NCBI GenBank assembly: GCA_963662895.1
Contig: OY759982.1
Location: forward strand, 414,884 to 478,883
Length of the DNA: 64,000 nucleotides
Direction: 5' to 3'
DNA from: Prolixibacteraceae bacterium
Lineage (GTDB): Bacteria; Bacteroidota; Bacteroidia; Bacteroidales; Prolixibacteraceae
Shown here: positions 11,401 through 21,204 of the stretch, piece after piece
How positions within the stretch are numbered: position 1 is the stretch's first letter
Layout: every line of letters starts with the position of its first letter
Notes under the pieces: generated by a model
The model's database searches: none
The model's input: only the letters and a program-made list of their open reading frames with translations
What the model was told of the DNA's origin: nothing
Translations under genes and position numbers: made by a program

Positions 11401-11693
11401 ATGCAGATATTACTTCAGGACTGAATGTTTTGACCGATTACTTTCTGGAGAAAGGCGATTATGTGAAGTTGGATGTCGTAACTCTGGGGTATAAGCTTAA
11501 TCTGAAAAACAGATGGATTGAAGGGCTGAGAGTTTATGCAACAGCCAGAAATTTGGCTACCTTCACCGGGTTTAGCGGTGTAGATCCTACGGCTTATCAG
11601 GTCAATGGTCTTACACCCGGAACTAATAACGGAACCCGGGCATATTATCCATCGTCCACTCAATTCATATTTGGTGCAACAGTTAATTTCTGA
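8406..11693 (+). CDS. susC: SusC/RagA-family TonB-dependent receptor with N-terminal STN signalling extension (transducer type). A probable signal-peptide start is at 8469.
   Basis: STN-like region and carboxypeptidase-regulatory-like domain (VTGKVTDSSGAPLPGVTVIV...DANGNYSL). TonB plug and barrel, with C-terminal aromatic terminus ...GATVNF. Confidence 0.9.
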   Translation: MKKLLKTGGWDSHALEKCFKTMKIFLFVMILSIGQLLAIDSYSQRTKLSLDFEGTRLVDVLDEIENKTEFFFLFNEKLIDLDRKVDIHVNDQGITEILETLFKGTNVKYQIVDRKIVLSPKNSFQPLQKTVTGKVTDSSGAPLPGVTVIVKRTTQGIITDANGNYSLSNIPGDAILVFSFVGMKTQEISVAGKTDINIVLAEELIGIEEVVAVGYGAIAKKELTSAISHVSSEDFLNVASIDPTMQIQGKVSGVSITNTGSGDPNNQANIQVRGISSRSAGLGPLIVIDGVPGGNLTNINVNDIKSIDVLKDGAASAIYGTRGSNGVVLITTKSGKKDGNLYTSYHGYVSADIMKDELRPLSAQEFREYRVPKNQGVDQGGNTDWMDAVTRTGFTHSHTITFAGGTANSNYRASGDYRKSEGIDLRSDRKEYGARLSFHHTTNSGLFNFSVNVTPRAIYRNNADWSVFKAALEANPTTPVFDPENPLQYANFNGQAADFNPVELLKLEESGGETKLLDWDATVKLNLLPLLTDRKKATHSLNTQVTIAQQQNDNFDYWFRPAISTQAINSGRQGEANRKYSKSRQESLEWVGNYLTEMNGHKIKAMVGYSYQYFQYSELYAENKDFPSDVLSYNNLGVGEWTKEEGRTGMSTGKNDSRLIGFFGRVSYDYKGRYLLTASLRYEGSSKFGENNKWGYFPATSLGWRISDEPFMAHVRFVDDLKLRADLGVTGNQNFDNYRSLATMQGFGSYYYNGEYFTVWGPGKNANPDLKWEKGVNWNVGIDFSVFDHVVSGSLNYYNRRQSDLLGDYNVSVPPYLFPTTFVNVGTLKNMGIEIDLNINAMKTRKFSYQVGLVGATNQNKFVDFSNSVYTGQDYSWTCWMESPGNPGNLQQIRKGERLGNFVTWAFAGIDETGNWLVWNKENTEKIPISEATDDDKRITGNGLPKVTASLTNSFTYKNWDLTLYFRGAFGYDLYNVHDLYYGLQSAPGNVLRKAYGKNADITSGLNVLTDYFLEKGDYVKLDVVTLGYKLNLKNRWIEGLRVYATARNLATFTGFSGVDPTAYQVNGLTPGTNNGTRAYYPSSTQFIFGATVNF

Positions 11694-11716
11694 ATCTAAC
11701 CTAATTCCAAAAAACA

Positions 11717-13447
11717 ATGAAAAATATATTGCGTTATTTAATCATATGCATAGGTGCTTTGACCATACAGGCATGTACAGATTTATCTGAAACCCTCTAT
11801 GATCAGATCGTTACGGATAATTATTATAACACGAAAGAAGATGTGATCCGGTCTGTGTTCCGACCTTTTGAGCATGGATTTTGGAGTATCGGTCCCCGTT
11901 TTACCATTAATGAAGAATCCTCCGACCAATTAGGTACTTGGAACCGGGATGGATGGTGGGTCGATGGTCAGGTTTGGCAACGGTTCCACTATCATACCTG
12001 GAACATTGATGATGACGGTCCAAAAGGGGAATGGGATGCTTGTTTTATCGGTATTATGCAGGTAAATTCCGTTTTACAGGATTTTCAAAACCTTGATCCG
12101 GCTAAATTCGGCTTGACAGAAGCTGAGTTTGATGCTTTTGCTGCACAGTGCAGAACACTTCGCGCCTGGTTTTATATCCGGTTGCTGGATGCATTCCGGA
12201 ATATTCCCCTTGCCGTGAGCCGTGATGTAAATCTGAATTCCCAGGGGCAGGTACCACCTGAAGAAATATTTCAGTTTGTGGAGCGTGAGCTTAAGGAATG
12301 TATCCAGTTACTTTCTGCTAAAGAAGGGATTCAGGGCAATGGTCTTTCCCAGGGACAATGGAATAAAGCCGGTGCGGCGGCTCTTTTGGTCCGTCTATAT
12401 TTAAATGCAGAAAAATGGATCGGTGAACCCAGGTATAACGAATGTGAGGAAACAGCACAAAAAATAATCGACGGAGAATATGGTTCTTATGAACTCTCCT
12501 CAAGTTGGAGCGCTCCGTTCGACTGGAATAACGATACCAATAATGAGATCATTTTCGGTTTCCCCGGAACTTACGGCCGTAGCCATTGGCATTATGGGAG
12601 TGACGTTTACTGGTGGTGTCTTCCGGCAAATGCTCACCGGTATTTCGGAAGCACCCAGCAAGGAAGTTTTAATCCCAAGTATGCTTTGCAGCCGAGCCGG
12701 GACGTGGAGGGAAATCTTTATGATTTTACACTTGGGATGCCTGTGGCTAAATTTCAAAAATATCCGGAAGACCAACGGTTGAAGTTGTATCGAAATCTGG
12801 GAAACAGCACCAGGGAAGGCATGTTCCTGTTTGGCTACCTGGAGTATAGCGAAGCCGGTGAAATCAAAAGGGTGACCTCTCCTTCCAATGGTTTGGATCT
12901 TTATTTAAGGGATCAGGTCGGGATATTCCATGGTACTCTTCCGGGAGAAGTACCTCAAAACAAGACATCGGATATGAAAACAGGTGATCACAATTCCGGA
13001 TGGCACTTTGCAAAATATCCGTTTTACGGTGATAATGATTTAGGTAAGCAGGAAGCGGACTTTGCAGAGATCCGGTTGGCTGAGATTTATTACTCCTTGG
13101 CGGAATGTAAGTTCCGGTTGGGTGATGTTAATGGTGCAGGAGCATTGTTGAATGATGTCCGTAAGCGAAATTACCCGGAGAATAAATACAGTGAATACTT
13201 ATATCAGCCGGAAGGGACTGTAGAACTGACTGCTGACGAGTTACTGGATGAATGGGGCCGAGAGTTTCTTGGTGAAGGCCGGCGCCGCACAGATCTCTGT
13301 CGCTGGGATAAATTTACAACAAGTGAATGGTGGGACAAGGAGCCTGACGCAGATCACCATACCGACATCTATCCTTTACACCGGAATGTGCTGGGGGCAA
13401 ACCCTCATCTGATACAAAATCCCGGATATGATGATATTGAACGCTGA
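11717..13447 (+). CDS. susD: SusD/RagB-family nutrient-binding outer-membrane lipoprotein
   Basis: Lipoprotein signal ending in QACTD. Size ~576 aa. Located immediately downstream of SusC with a 23-nt gap. Confidence 0.85.
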   Translation: MKNILRYLIICIGALTIQACTDLSETLYDQIVTDNYYNTKEDVIRSVFRPFEHGFWSIGPRFTINEESSDQLGTWNRDGWWVDGQVWQRFHYHTWNIDDDGPKGEWDACFIGIMQVNSVLQDFQNLDPAKFGLTEAEFDAFAAQCRTLRAWFYIRLLDAFRNIPLAVSRDVNLNSQGQVPPEEIFQFVERELKECIQLLSAKEGIQGNGLSQGQWNKAGAAALLVRLYLNAEKWIGEPRYNECEETAQKIIDGEYGSYELSSSWSAPFDWNNDTNNEIIFGFPGTYGRSHWHYGSDVYWWCLPANAHRYFGSTQQGSFNPKYALQPSRDVEGNLYDFTLGMPVAKFQKYPEDQRLKLYRNLGNSTREGMFLFGYLEYSEAGEIKRVTSPSNGLDLYLRDQVGIFHGTLPGEVPQNKTSDMKTGDHNSGWHFAKYPFYGDNDLGKQEADFAEIRLAEIYYSLAECKFRLGDVNGAGALLNDVRKRNYPENKYSEYLYQPEGTVELTADELLDEWGREFLGEGRRRTDLCRWDKFTTSEWWDKEPDADHHTDIYPLHRNVLGANPHLIQNPGYDDIER

Positions 13448-13538
13448 AAATGATTAATTTTATTGGTGGATGGTACGTTCTGCCTAAGAATGTGCCATCC
13501 TTTCCTGAATCAACATAAACAGATTTAAATCAAACCTT

Positions 13539-14267
13539 ATGAAACACATTACACTGACCATTTTATGCCTGATGACAGCATCTTCTCTTTTTGCCCAATG
13601 GACTCCGCAACAAACAGAATGGTATTATCCTGAACCTCCAAAGGTTGAACAAGGTAAACAACCGGGAGCTCCTCCATCTGATGCTCTTGTGCTTTTTGAC
13701 GGGAAAAGTCTTGATCAATGGCAGTCGGAAAAGGGAGAGGATATGAAGTGGGAGGTTTCCGGCGGAGTGCTTACCGTTGTTCCTGGAACCGGAAATATCG
13801 TTACAAAACAATTTTTTGGCGATTGTCAATTACATGTTGAGTTTAAGTCGCCGGCACCGGAAAGCTTTAACGGGCAGAATCGGGGAAACAGCGGAATATT
13901 TCTACAAAGCCGCTATGAAGTACAGGTTTTGGATGCCGATAACAATACAACTTATGTGAACGGAATGGTTGGCAGTATCTATAAACAACAGGCACCATTG
14001 GCAAACGCTTATTCGAAGAATGGAGAGTGGCAGGTTTATGATATATACTGGAAAGCTCCGAAATTTGGTACCGGCGGTGTTTTGGAAACTCCTGCCATGA
14101 TCACCGTTGTGTTGAACGGGATCGTGGTCCAGAATAATTATATATTAAAAGGAAATACCCCCTATATTGGCTTACCTGATTACGAACCTCACGGACGCTT
14201 ACCGTTGATGTTGCAGGACCATGGTACTAAAGTCGCATTTCGGAATATCTGGATAAGAAATTTGTAA
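13539..14267 (+). CDS. DUF1080 (3-keto-disaccharide hydrolase / LamG-like) secreted protein
   Basis: Signal peptide. Motifs DGKSLDQW...W.V..GVLTV and GNSGIFLQSRYEVQVLD are typical of DUF1080. Confidence 0.75.
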   Translation: MKHITLTILCLMTASSLFAQWTPQQTEWYYPEPPKVEQGKQPGAPPSDALVLFDGKSLDQWQSEKGEDMKWEVSGGVLTVVPGTGNIVTKQFFGDCQLHVEFKSPAPESFNGQNRGNSGIFLQSRYEVQVLDADNNTTYVNGMVGSIYKQQAPLANAYSKNGEWQVYDIYWKAPKFGTGGVLETPAMITVVLNGIVVQNNYILKGNTPYIGLPDYEPHGRLPLMLQDHGTKVAFRNIWIRNL

Positions 14268-14286
14268 ATAACTAACAGCAAACACA

Positions 14287-15588
14287 ATGACAATTTCAAG
14301 AAGATCTTTTATTCAGTCGTCTTCGTTGGTTGCTGCCGGCCTGGCAGTACCAATGGCCGGAAAATCTGCATGGCGTACAGGGATGGCCAATGATCAGATC
14401 AATGTAGCCCTCATCGGGTGCAGAAATATGGGATGGTCTAACCTGGCGGATTTTCTTCTGCATCAAGAAGTTCGTTGTGTCGCTCTGGCGGATGTAGATG
14501 CCCGGATCCTTGCTTCGCGGGGAAATGAATTAACCACCAAATACCAGATGAAAGCTGACTTGTATCCGGATTACCGGAAAATCCTGGACCGGGAAGATGT
14601 GGATGTGGTGATCATCGGAACACCGGATCACTGGCATTGCCTGCAGTTTGTCGATGCCTGTAAGGCCGGAAAGGACATCTATGTGGAAAAACCAATAAGC
14701 AATAGTCTGGCCGAATGCGATGTAATGGTGGCTGCTGCAAAAAAATATAAAAGAATTGTTCAGGTAGGACAGCAACAACGAAGCAGCAAACACTGGCAGG
14801 ATATGGTGGATTATCTGAAGTCAGGTAAACTGGGCACAATCGGACATGTCCACATTTGGGCTAATTTCGGTTATGCAGCTATTCAGAATCCGGTCGCAGA
14901 TTCTGAGGTGCCCAAAGATATTGATTTTAATTTTTGGTTGGGCCCGGCACCCGCGAGGACTTTCAACACCCAGCGTTTTCATGGGCTTTGGCGTATGTTT
15001 TGGAACTATGGTGGTGGTTTGATGACCGATTGGGGTGTCCATTTGCTGGATATGGGATTGTGGGGTATGGATGTAAAAGAAATGCCGCCAAAAGTAACAG
15101 CTTCGGGTGGCAAATATCTCTTCCCTCATGGGGCCCACGAGACTTTTGACGTTCAGTCAGTTTCTTACCAGTTTAATGATTTTCTGATGACGTGGGAGCA
15201 TAATTCCGGTATTGATTCCGGACCATATGGACGGAATTACGGCGTTTTGTTCCGGGGAACAAACGGTACGCTGGTGGCTAACCGGGATGACTGGGAAGTA
15301 TATCCGGAAAAAGATAAGATCGCGACAGTAAAGGTAAAGGCTGATTACCAGGACCATAAAAATCATGTAACCAACTTTCTGGATCATGTCAAAAACAGGG
15401 ACCCGGAAACTGCCTGTCCGATTGAAAATGGCAGCCTGTGTGCGAAATATGCCCATTTGGGAAATATCGCCGCCCGCTTAGGCGCGACACTTCGGTATGA
15501 TGATCAGAACCAGTCATTTGATAACGATAAAGCCAATCAGCTAATAAAGCCCGTTTACCGGAAGCCATGGAGATTTCCGGAGGTATAA
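14287..15588 (+). CDS. Gfo/Idh/MocA-family oxidoreductase with twin-arginine (Tat) signal
   Basis: SRRSFIQSSSLVAAGLA Tat motif. Rossmann N-domain (INVALIGCRNMGW) and the EKP motif (YVEKPIS) of the Gfo/Idh/MocA family. Confidence 0.85.
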   Translation: MTISRRSFIQSSSLVAAGLAVPMAGKSAWRTGMANDQINVALIGCRNMGWSNLADFLLHQEVRCVALADVDARILASRGNELTTKYQMKADLYPDYRKILDREDVDVVIIGTPDHWHCLQFVDACKAGKDIYVEKPISNSLAECDVMVAAAKKYKRIVQVGQQQRSSKHWQDMVDYLKSGKLGTIGHVHIWANFGYAAIQNPVADSEVPKDIDFNFWLGPAPARTFNTQRFHGLWRMFWNYGGGLMTDWGVHLLDMGLWGMDVKEMPPKVTASGGKYLFPHGAHETFDVQSVSYQFNDFLMTWEHNSGIDSGPYGRNYGVLFRGTNGTLVANRDDWEVYPEKDKIATVKVKADYQDHKNHVTNFLDHVKNRDPETACPIENGSLCAKYAHLGNIAARLGATLRYDDQNQSFDNDKANQLIKPVYRKPWRFPEV

Positions 15589-15694
15589 GCCGGAGATTTG
15601 GGAACCTGGCTGATAATTGGGAAAGAATAAAAAATCAGGATAGGTTACAACGAAGCTTCGAATAAAAACACATAAGCTTTTTTAAAATTCACTA

Positions 15695-17833
15695 ATGAAA
15701 AAAGAATTAATCATTATTACATTTCTTTTGAGTTTCTTGTCGGAGGCTTTCGCTTCAAATCCTGGAAAAGCCCGATGGATTTGGTATCCAGGCGATATGG
15801 AGGTCTGGCTGCATTCACAGGTAGCCAACCGCCGTCAGGAAAGAGGCGAATTTTATCCCCCTTTCTGGCGGATGGATTCCCCTTACCGCCTGGTGCGTTT
15901 CGAGAAATCGGCCGAACTGGAGGAGCCGGAAACCATCCGGATTTTTGCAGAGGGGCGTTTCCAGTTCCGGGTCAACGGAGAAATTATACACGATTATGAC
16001 CACAGGAACATTCATCTTCCGGCGGGAAAATTAAACCTATCGGTGCTGGTTGACAATCCTTCTGCCTTCCCGTCTCTGTTCATTCAGGGAAAGACGGTCT
16101 ATACCGATGATAGCTGGTGTGTTACTGCTCAAAACAATCAATTTTGCCCTGTTGCATCCGGCAGCTATACGGATCCGGGCCTGCCTCCGTCTTCCTTCCA
16201 TCTCGAATACCGTCCCATTACACCGGCGGTTCTGGAGCGGCAATCAAATGCCATGCTGGTTGATTTCGGCAGGGAGACTTTTGGCAAGGTCATCGCCGAA
16301 GGAGTCAGGGGAAAAGGGCAACTCCGTCTTTTCTATGGAGAGACCAAACAGGAAGCTCTGGCAAAAACCCTGGCTGAAACGTATGACTACCGGAATATCA
16401 ATTCAGCCACGGCAGGCAGTGATACCACAGAAAGCCGGGCTTTTCGTTATGTTTATGCGGAATGGGATACTTTGGTCACTCTGGAGCATATCAGCGCATT
16501 ATACGAATACCTACCCTTAAATGACCGGGGGCATTTTTCTTGCTCCGATACATTGCTGAACCGTATTTATGAAATTTCTCTCTATACGCTTCGCCTGACT
16601 ACCCGCGAATTTCATTTGGACGGGATCAAGCGTGACCGCTGGGTCTGGAGTGGAGATGCTTACCAAAGTTACCTGATGAACTTTTACACTTTTTTCGACC
16701 AGGATGTGAATAAGCGGACGTTTTATGCTCTGAGGGGACACGATCCCGTGGAAACGCATATTAATACCATTCTCGATTATTCTTTTTACTGGATGATCGG
16801 ACTTTATGATCATTTTATGTACACCGGAGATACCGCCTTTACCAGGCAGATTTATCCCAGGGCCAAATCTTTGATGGAGTTCTGCCTTGCTCGGACCAAT
16901 ACCAACGGGTTAGTGGAAGGGCTTCCGGGTGACTGGGTCTTTATTGACTGGGCAGATATGGATAAGGAAGGAGAGATCGGTTTCCTGCAGTTATTGCTGG
17001 CGCGGAGCCTGGAGGCTATTGCCATGAGCGCCCGCCTGGCAGAAGATGAGGCCTATGCCCATGATTGTCAGGAACGTTCGGAAAAGATCCGGAAAATGAT
17101 CTTCGACATTTATTGGAATGATCAGAAACATGCTTTTGTCCATAACCGGAAGGATGGGGTATTGTCGGAAACAGTTACCCGTTATGCCAATATGTTTGCC
17201 ATTTTATTCGGTTATGTCAACAATGAGCAAAAGAAACAGATTAAAGAGCATGTTATTCTGAATGACCGGATTCCGAAAATCACTACCCCCTATATGAAAT
17301 TTTACGAGCTGGCATCACTTTGTGAAATTGGTGCGGAAGAGCAGGCGCTGAATTTTGTCCGGGCATACTGGGGCGGTATGCTTAAGCTGGGAGCCACTTC
17401 CTTTTGGGAAACTTACGACCCGGAGCAAAAAGGAGATGCGCATTATTCGATGTATGGCCGTCCTTTTGGTAAAAGTCTGTGTCATGCCTGGGGGGCTAAT
17501 CCTGTTTACCTGTTTGGCAAGTACCTTTTAGGGGTAAGGCCGACCGCTCCCGGTTATCAGTCTTATGTCATTGAACCATCACTTGCCGGTCTGGAATGGA
17601 TAGAGGGGAGAGTACCTACCCCCAACGGTGTTATGGAGATTTTTATGGACAGGAAAATTGTAAAGATAAAAACAGCTCAGGGACAGGGAGTTCTTTTGAT
17701 AAAAAGTAAAAAGCAACCTGGAGTGGAGAAAGGTGTGTTTTGTACCCCTCTTGGTGATAACCTTTATAAAATTAAGTTAGACGTTCCGCAAAAGGAATAT
17801 GTAATTCGTTACCAGTCTCTTGAAAAAATATAA
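15695..17833 (+). CDS. Six-hairpin glycoside hydrolase, GH78 alpha-L-rhamnosidase-like (Bac_rhamnosid6H-like)
   Basis: Signal peptide. DGIKRDRWVWSGDA resembles the D-x-P-x-R-[DE]-R-x-x-W-x-GD catalytic-region motif of GH78 and related (alpha/alpha)6 hydrolases. Confidence 0.5.
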   Translation: MKKELIIITFLLSFLSEAFASNPGKARWIWYPGDMEVWLHSQVANRRQERGEFYPPFWRMDSPYRLVRFEKSAELEEPETIRIFAEGRFQFRVNGEIIHDYDHRNIHLPAGKLNLSVLVDNPSAFPSLFIQGKTVYTDDSWCVTAQNNQFCPVASGSYTDPGLPPSSFHLEYRPITPAVLERQSNAMLVDFGRETFGKVIAEGVRGKGQLRLFYGETKQEALAKTLAETYDYRNINSATAGSDTTESRAFRYVYAEWDTLVTLEHISALYEYLPLNDRGHFSCSDTLLNRIYEISLYTLRLTTREFHLDGIKRDRWVWSGDAYQSYLMNFYTFFDQDVNKRTFYALRGHDPVETHINTILDYSFYWMIGLYDHFMYTGDTAFTRQIYPRAKSLMEFCLARTNTNGLVEGLPGDWVFIDWADMDKEGEIGFLQLLLARSLEAIAMSARLAEDEAYAHDCQERSEKIRKMIFDIYWNDQKHAFVHNRKDGVLSETVTRYANMFAILFGYVNNEQKKQIKEHVILNDRIPKITTPYMKFYELASLCEIGAEEQALNFVRAYWGGMLKLGATSFWETYDPEQKGDAHYSMYGRPFGKSLCHAWGANPVYLFGKYLLGVRPTAPGYQSYVIEPSLAGLEWIEGRVPTPNGVMEIFMDRKIVKIKTAQGQGVLLIKSKKQPGVEKGVFCTPLGDNLYKIKLDVPQKEYVIRYQSLEKI

Positions 17834-18128
17834 GTGGTATGCTTCCTGTAAAATGAAAATTAAAAATAAACAGGGAAAATATCTTTCTGTTTTCCACATG
17901 CTGATTTCATTTATAATAAATAATTTAGTTTGTGAATTTCATATAATACGGTGAAAAATATGAAATAGACTTTAAGGTAAGAGAACTTGTTGATTTGATG
18001 ATGATGAAATTGAAATACAAAAACAATGAAATAAATACCCCATGATCATTTAAACTATAAGAATAAATATTATTTTAACGCAAAAATTTCTCAGATATAT
18101 AAAGAACCAAACTTAAACGATAAATACG

Positions 18129-19202
18129 ATGAGAGAAACCTTACTTGTCATTGCAGTACTTTTTTTGGCTGCCTGTAACAATACGAAAAAAACCAATAGC
18201 ACAGAACCGGAAACCGGGAAATGGGCACAGGAACAGGCCCGGCAATGGGGCGATCAACAGGGCTGGCTTCGTGGATGTAACTTTAACCCGAGCACAGCCA
18301 TCAACCAACTGGAAACCTGGCAGGCCGAATCGTTCGACCCGGAAACCATCGACCGTGAACTGGGATGGGCTGAAAACATCGGGATGAACTGTATGCGTGT
18401 TTACCTGCACCATCTTGCCTGGGAAACAGATAAGGAAGGTTTCAAAAAACGGATGAAACAATATCTTGATATTGCCGATAGTCACGGGATAAAAACCATA
18501 TTTGTATTTTTCGACGATTGCTGGAACGCCACCTACCAGGCAGGGAAACAACCTGATCCCAAACCGGGGGTACATAATTCAGGCTGGGTACGCGACCCGG
18601 GCGACTTGCTTTTCCAGGATTCAACATTGATCAGTACACTGGAAGAATACGTGAAAGATGTGTTGACCAGTTTTAAAAATGATAAGCGCATAGCTGTCTG
18701 GGACCTTTACAACGAACCGGGAAATTCAGGATACGGGAATCAGTCCCTGCCTTTGCTTCAAAAAGTTTTCGAATGGGGATGGGAAATCCGTCCGTCGCAA
18801 CCGCTTTCATCGGGAGTGTGGGACTATAAACTGAAAGATCTAAACAAATTTCAGGTTGAAAATTCAGACATTATTACCTACCACAATTATGGAGGCCCGG
18901 AAAAACATCAGGCAGCGATCGATACATTAAAACGATACAACCGCCCGATGGTATGCACCGAATACATGGCCCGCCGGAATAACAGTTTGTTTCAAAACAT
19001 TATGCCAATGCTGAAGAAAGAAAATGTCGGGGCTATCAACTGGGGACTGGTAGCCGGAAAATCGAATACCAAATACGCATGGGACGAACCCATCCCTGAC
19101 GGATCGGAACCGCCTCTTTGGTTTCACGAAATATTCAGGCCCGACGGAACCCCTTACAAACAGGAAGAAGTTGACCTGATAAAAAGCCTGACATTGGAAT
19201 AA
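18129..19202 (+). CDS. Lipoprotein glycoside hydrolase, clan GH-A (GH5-like)
   Basis: Lipobox LAAC. An NEP acid/base motif (WDLYNEPGN) and a TEY nucleophile region (CTEYMA) are typical of the (beta/alpha)8 GH-A clan. Confidence 0.55.
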   Translation: MRETLLVIAVLFLAACNNTKKTNSTEPETGKWAQEQARQWGDQQGWLRGCNFNPSTAINQLETWQAESFDPETIDRELGWAENIGMNCMRVYLHHLAWETDKEGFKKRMKQYLDIADSHGIKTIFVFFDDCWNATYQAGKQPDPKPGVHNSGWVRDPGDLLFQDSTLISTLEEYVKDVLTSFKNDKRIAVWDLYNEPGNSGYGNQSLPLLQKVFEWGWEIRPSQPLSSGVWDYKLKDLNKFQVENSDIITYHNYGGPEKHQAAIDTLKRYNRPMVCTEYMARRNNSLFQNIMPMLKKENVGAINWGLVAGKSNTKYAWDEPIPDGSEPPLWFHEIFRPDGTPYKQEEVDLIKSLTLE

Positions 19203-19225
19203 AAGAAGCCTTTTGTAAGAGATAG

Positions 19226-20248
19226 TTATATATTGATTACCCTTTGTATTTCAATCAGATCTTCATCGATACTGTGATGTAGTTTCACGGCTTTATTGAA
19301 GGGCACATGAACGGTTTTGTCATTTTTCAGGCCGATCATGATGCTTTTCTGGTCATCAAGTAAGGCATCGATGGCGGCTACCCCCATCTTGGTTGCTGCC
19401 ACCCGGTCTTTAGCACTCGGACTACCGCCGCGCTGTATATGTCCCAGTATGGAGACACGTACGTCCAGGTCAGGATGCTCTTCAGTAACTTTCCGGGCAA
19501 TTTTGATAGCGCCTCCCATCTCATCGCCTTCGGCAACAATTACGATACCACTGGTTTCCTTTGTTTTATACCCTTTATTGAGAAACTTTTTCAGTTCTTC
19601 GTGTTGTTCTTTCGATTCAGGGATCAGGATCACTTCCGCCCCTACGGCAATTCCGCTGTTCAGGGCCAGTAACCCGGCTTCGCGGCCCATCACCTCGATA
19701 AAGAAAATACGTCCGTGTGAACTGGCAGTGTCTTTAATTTTGTCGACAGCTTCGACTACTGTGTTCTGAGCTGTATCATAACCAATCGTATAGTCGGTAC
19801 CAAACATGTCGTTATCGATGGTTCCCGGAATGCCTACAAACGGAATATCATATTCCTTGGAAAAAATCAGCGCCCCGGTAAACGACCCATCGCCGCCAAT
19901 TACCACAACAGCATCAATGTCATGCTTTTTCAGGTTTTTGTAAGCTTTTTCCCGGCCCTCAGGTGTCCTGAACTCATTGCTGCGCGCTGTTTTCAGTATC
20001 GTTCCTCCCTGATTGATTATATTGCTGACATCGGTAGAATGAAGCGGTATAAAATTATCTTCAATCATTCCCTGGTAACCGTGCCGGATGCCGGCTACTT
20101 CCAGCCCGTGAGAAATGGCCGCGCGGGTGACGGCCCTGATGGCTGCGTTCATTCCCGGGGCATCTCCACCTGAGGTGAATACTCCTATTTTCTGAAGTTT
20201 TTTCCGTTTGGGGCTGGCCCCGCCTTCTATATTTACATTTTGATTCAT
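19226..20248 (-). CDS. pfkA: ATP-dependent 6-phosphofructokinase
   Basis: GVFTSGGDAPGMNAAIRAV, GGDGS and MGR motifs. The track ORF starts at an upstream TTG (20278); ATG 20248 (MNQNV...) is more plausible. Confidence 0.9.
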   Translation of the reverse strand: MNQNVNIEGGASPKRKKLQKIGVFTSGGDAPGMNAAIRAVTRAAISHGLEVAGIRHGYQGMIEDNFIPLHSTDVSNIINQGGTILKTARSNEFRTPEGREKAYKNLKKHDIDAVVVIGGDGSFTGALIFSKEYDIPFVGIPGTIDNDMFGTDYTIGYDTAQNTVVEAVDKIKDTASSHGRIFFIEVMGREAGLLALNSGIAVGAEVILIPESKEQHEELKKFLNKGYKTKETSGIVIVAEGDEMGGAIKIARKVTEEHPDLDVRVSILGHIQRGGSPSAKDRVAATKMGVAAIDALLDDQKSIMIGLKNDKTVHVPFNKAVKLHHSIDEDLIEIQRVINI

Positions 20249-20349
20249 TGCTCTTTTATTTATGTATTGAAATAACAATGCAAAGTAACGACTGCTTTTC
20301 GGGATATGGTTTCGGAATGTGTTGTAGAACAGAAATTTTTAATATAGAA

Positions 20350-21204
20350 TTAATGGTTCAATATCCGTTCCCGTACCTGTTCCATTAACCACCGGGGGGT
20401 AGACGTCGCCCCGCAAACGCCAACACTTCCGGCATCAGAGAACCATTCATAATTCAGCTCTTCAGGAAAAGAAATAAAATAACTACGCCGGTTGGTTTGC
20501 AGGCAGGCGTCATACAAAATACGGGCGTTCGAACTCTTTTTACCTCCCACGAAAACAATCACATCGTGTCGGGCAGAGAATTCTTTCATCCGGGGGACAC
20601 GACCAGATACCTGCCGGCATATCGTATCATGGATTTTCAGGTTACTATTCCTGGCATGTTCCCGGATATTCTTTTCCAACTGGTTAAATTTATCAATCGA
20701 CATGGTGGTTTGGGCAAACAGTGTGGCCGGTTTTCCGGGATCGATCTCCCGGACATCGTTCGGATTGTCAACAATAATTGCCCGGTCCCTGGTCTGACCA
20801 TTCAGCCCGACAACTTCGGCATGGCCCGGTTTGCCATAAATAATTACCTGTCCGTTCACCTGTTCCATTTCCCCTGCTGCTTTTTTTACCCGTTGCTGAA
20901 GTTTTAAAACCACCGGACAGGTCGCATCAATCAGTTCTATGTTATTGGCTTTGGCATATTCGTAGGTCGACGGTGGTTCCCCATGTGCCCGTAACAGTAC
21001 TTTACAATTGGAAAGCGTATGGTATTTTTCGTGATCAATCGTAACCAGTCCGAGTTTTTCAAGGCGTTTTACCTCCATGCCGTTGTGTACAATATCGCCC
21101 AGGCAATAGAGTGTACCTTCCTGCATAAGTGTATCTTCCGCCTTTTTTATGGCATTGACGACCCCGAAACAAAATCCCGATTTATGATCGATTACAACCT
21201 TCAT
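20350..21204 (-). CDS. ispH: 4-hydroxy-3-methylbut-2-enyl diphosphate reductase (IspH/LytB)
   Basis: N-terminus [19 protein letters not shown] with the conserved Cys. A LytB-length protein of ~285 aa. The start ATG overlaps the cmk stop (ATGA). Confidence 0.9.
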   Translation of the reverse strand: MKVVIDHKSGFCFGVVNAIKKAEDTLMQEGTLYCLGDIVHNGMEVKRLEKLGLVTIDHEKYHTLSNCKVLLRAHGEPPSTYEYAKANNIELIDATCPVVLKLQQRVKKAAGEMEQVNGQVIIYGKPGHAEVVGLNGQTRDRAIIVDNPNDVREIDPGKPATLFAQTTMSIDKFNQLEKNIREHARNSNLKIHDTICRQVSGRVPRMKEFSARHDVIVFVGGKKSSNARILYDACLQTNRRSYFISFPEELNYEWFSDAGSVGVCGATSTPRWLMEQVRERILNH

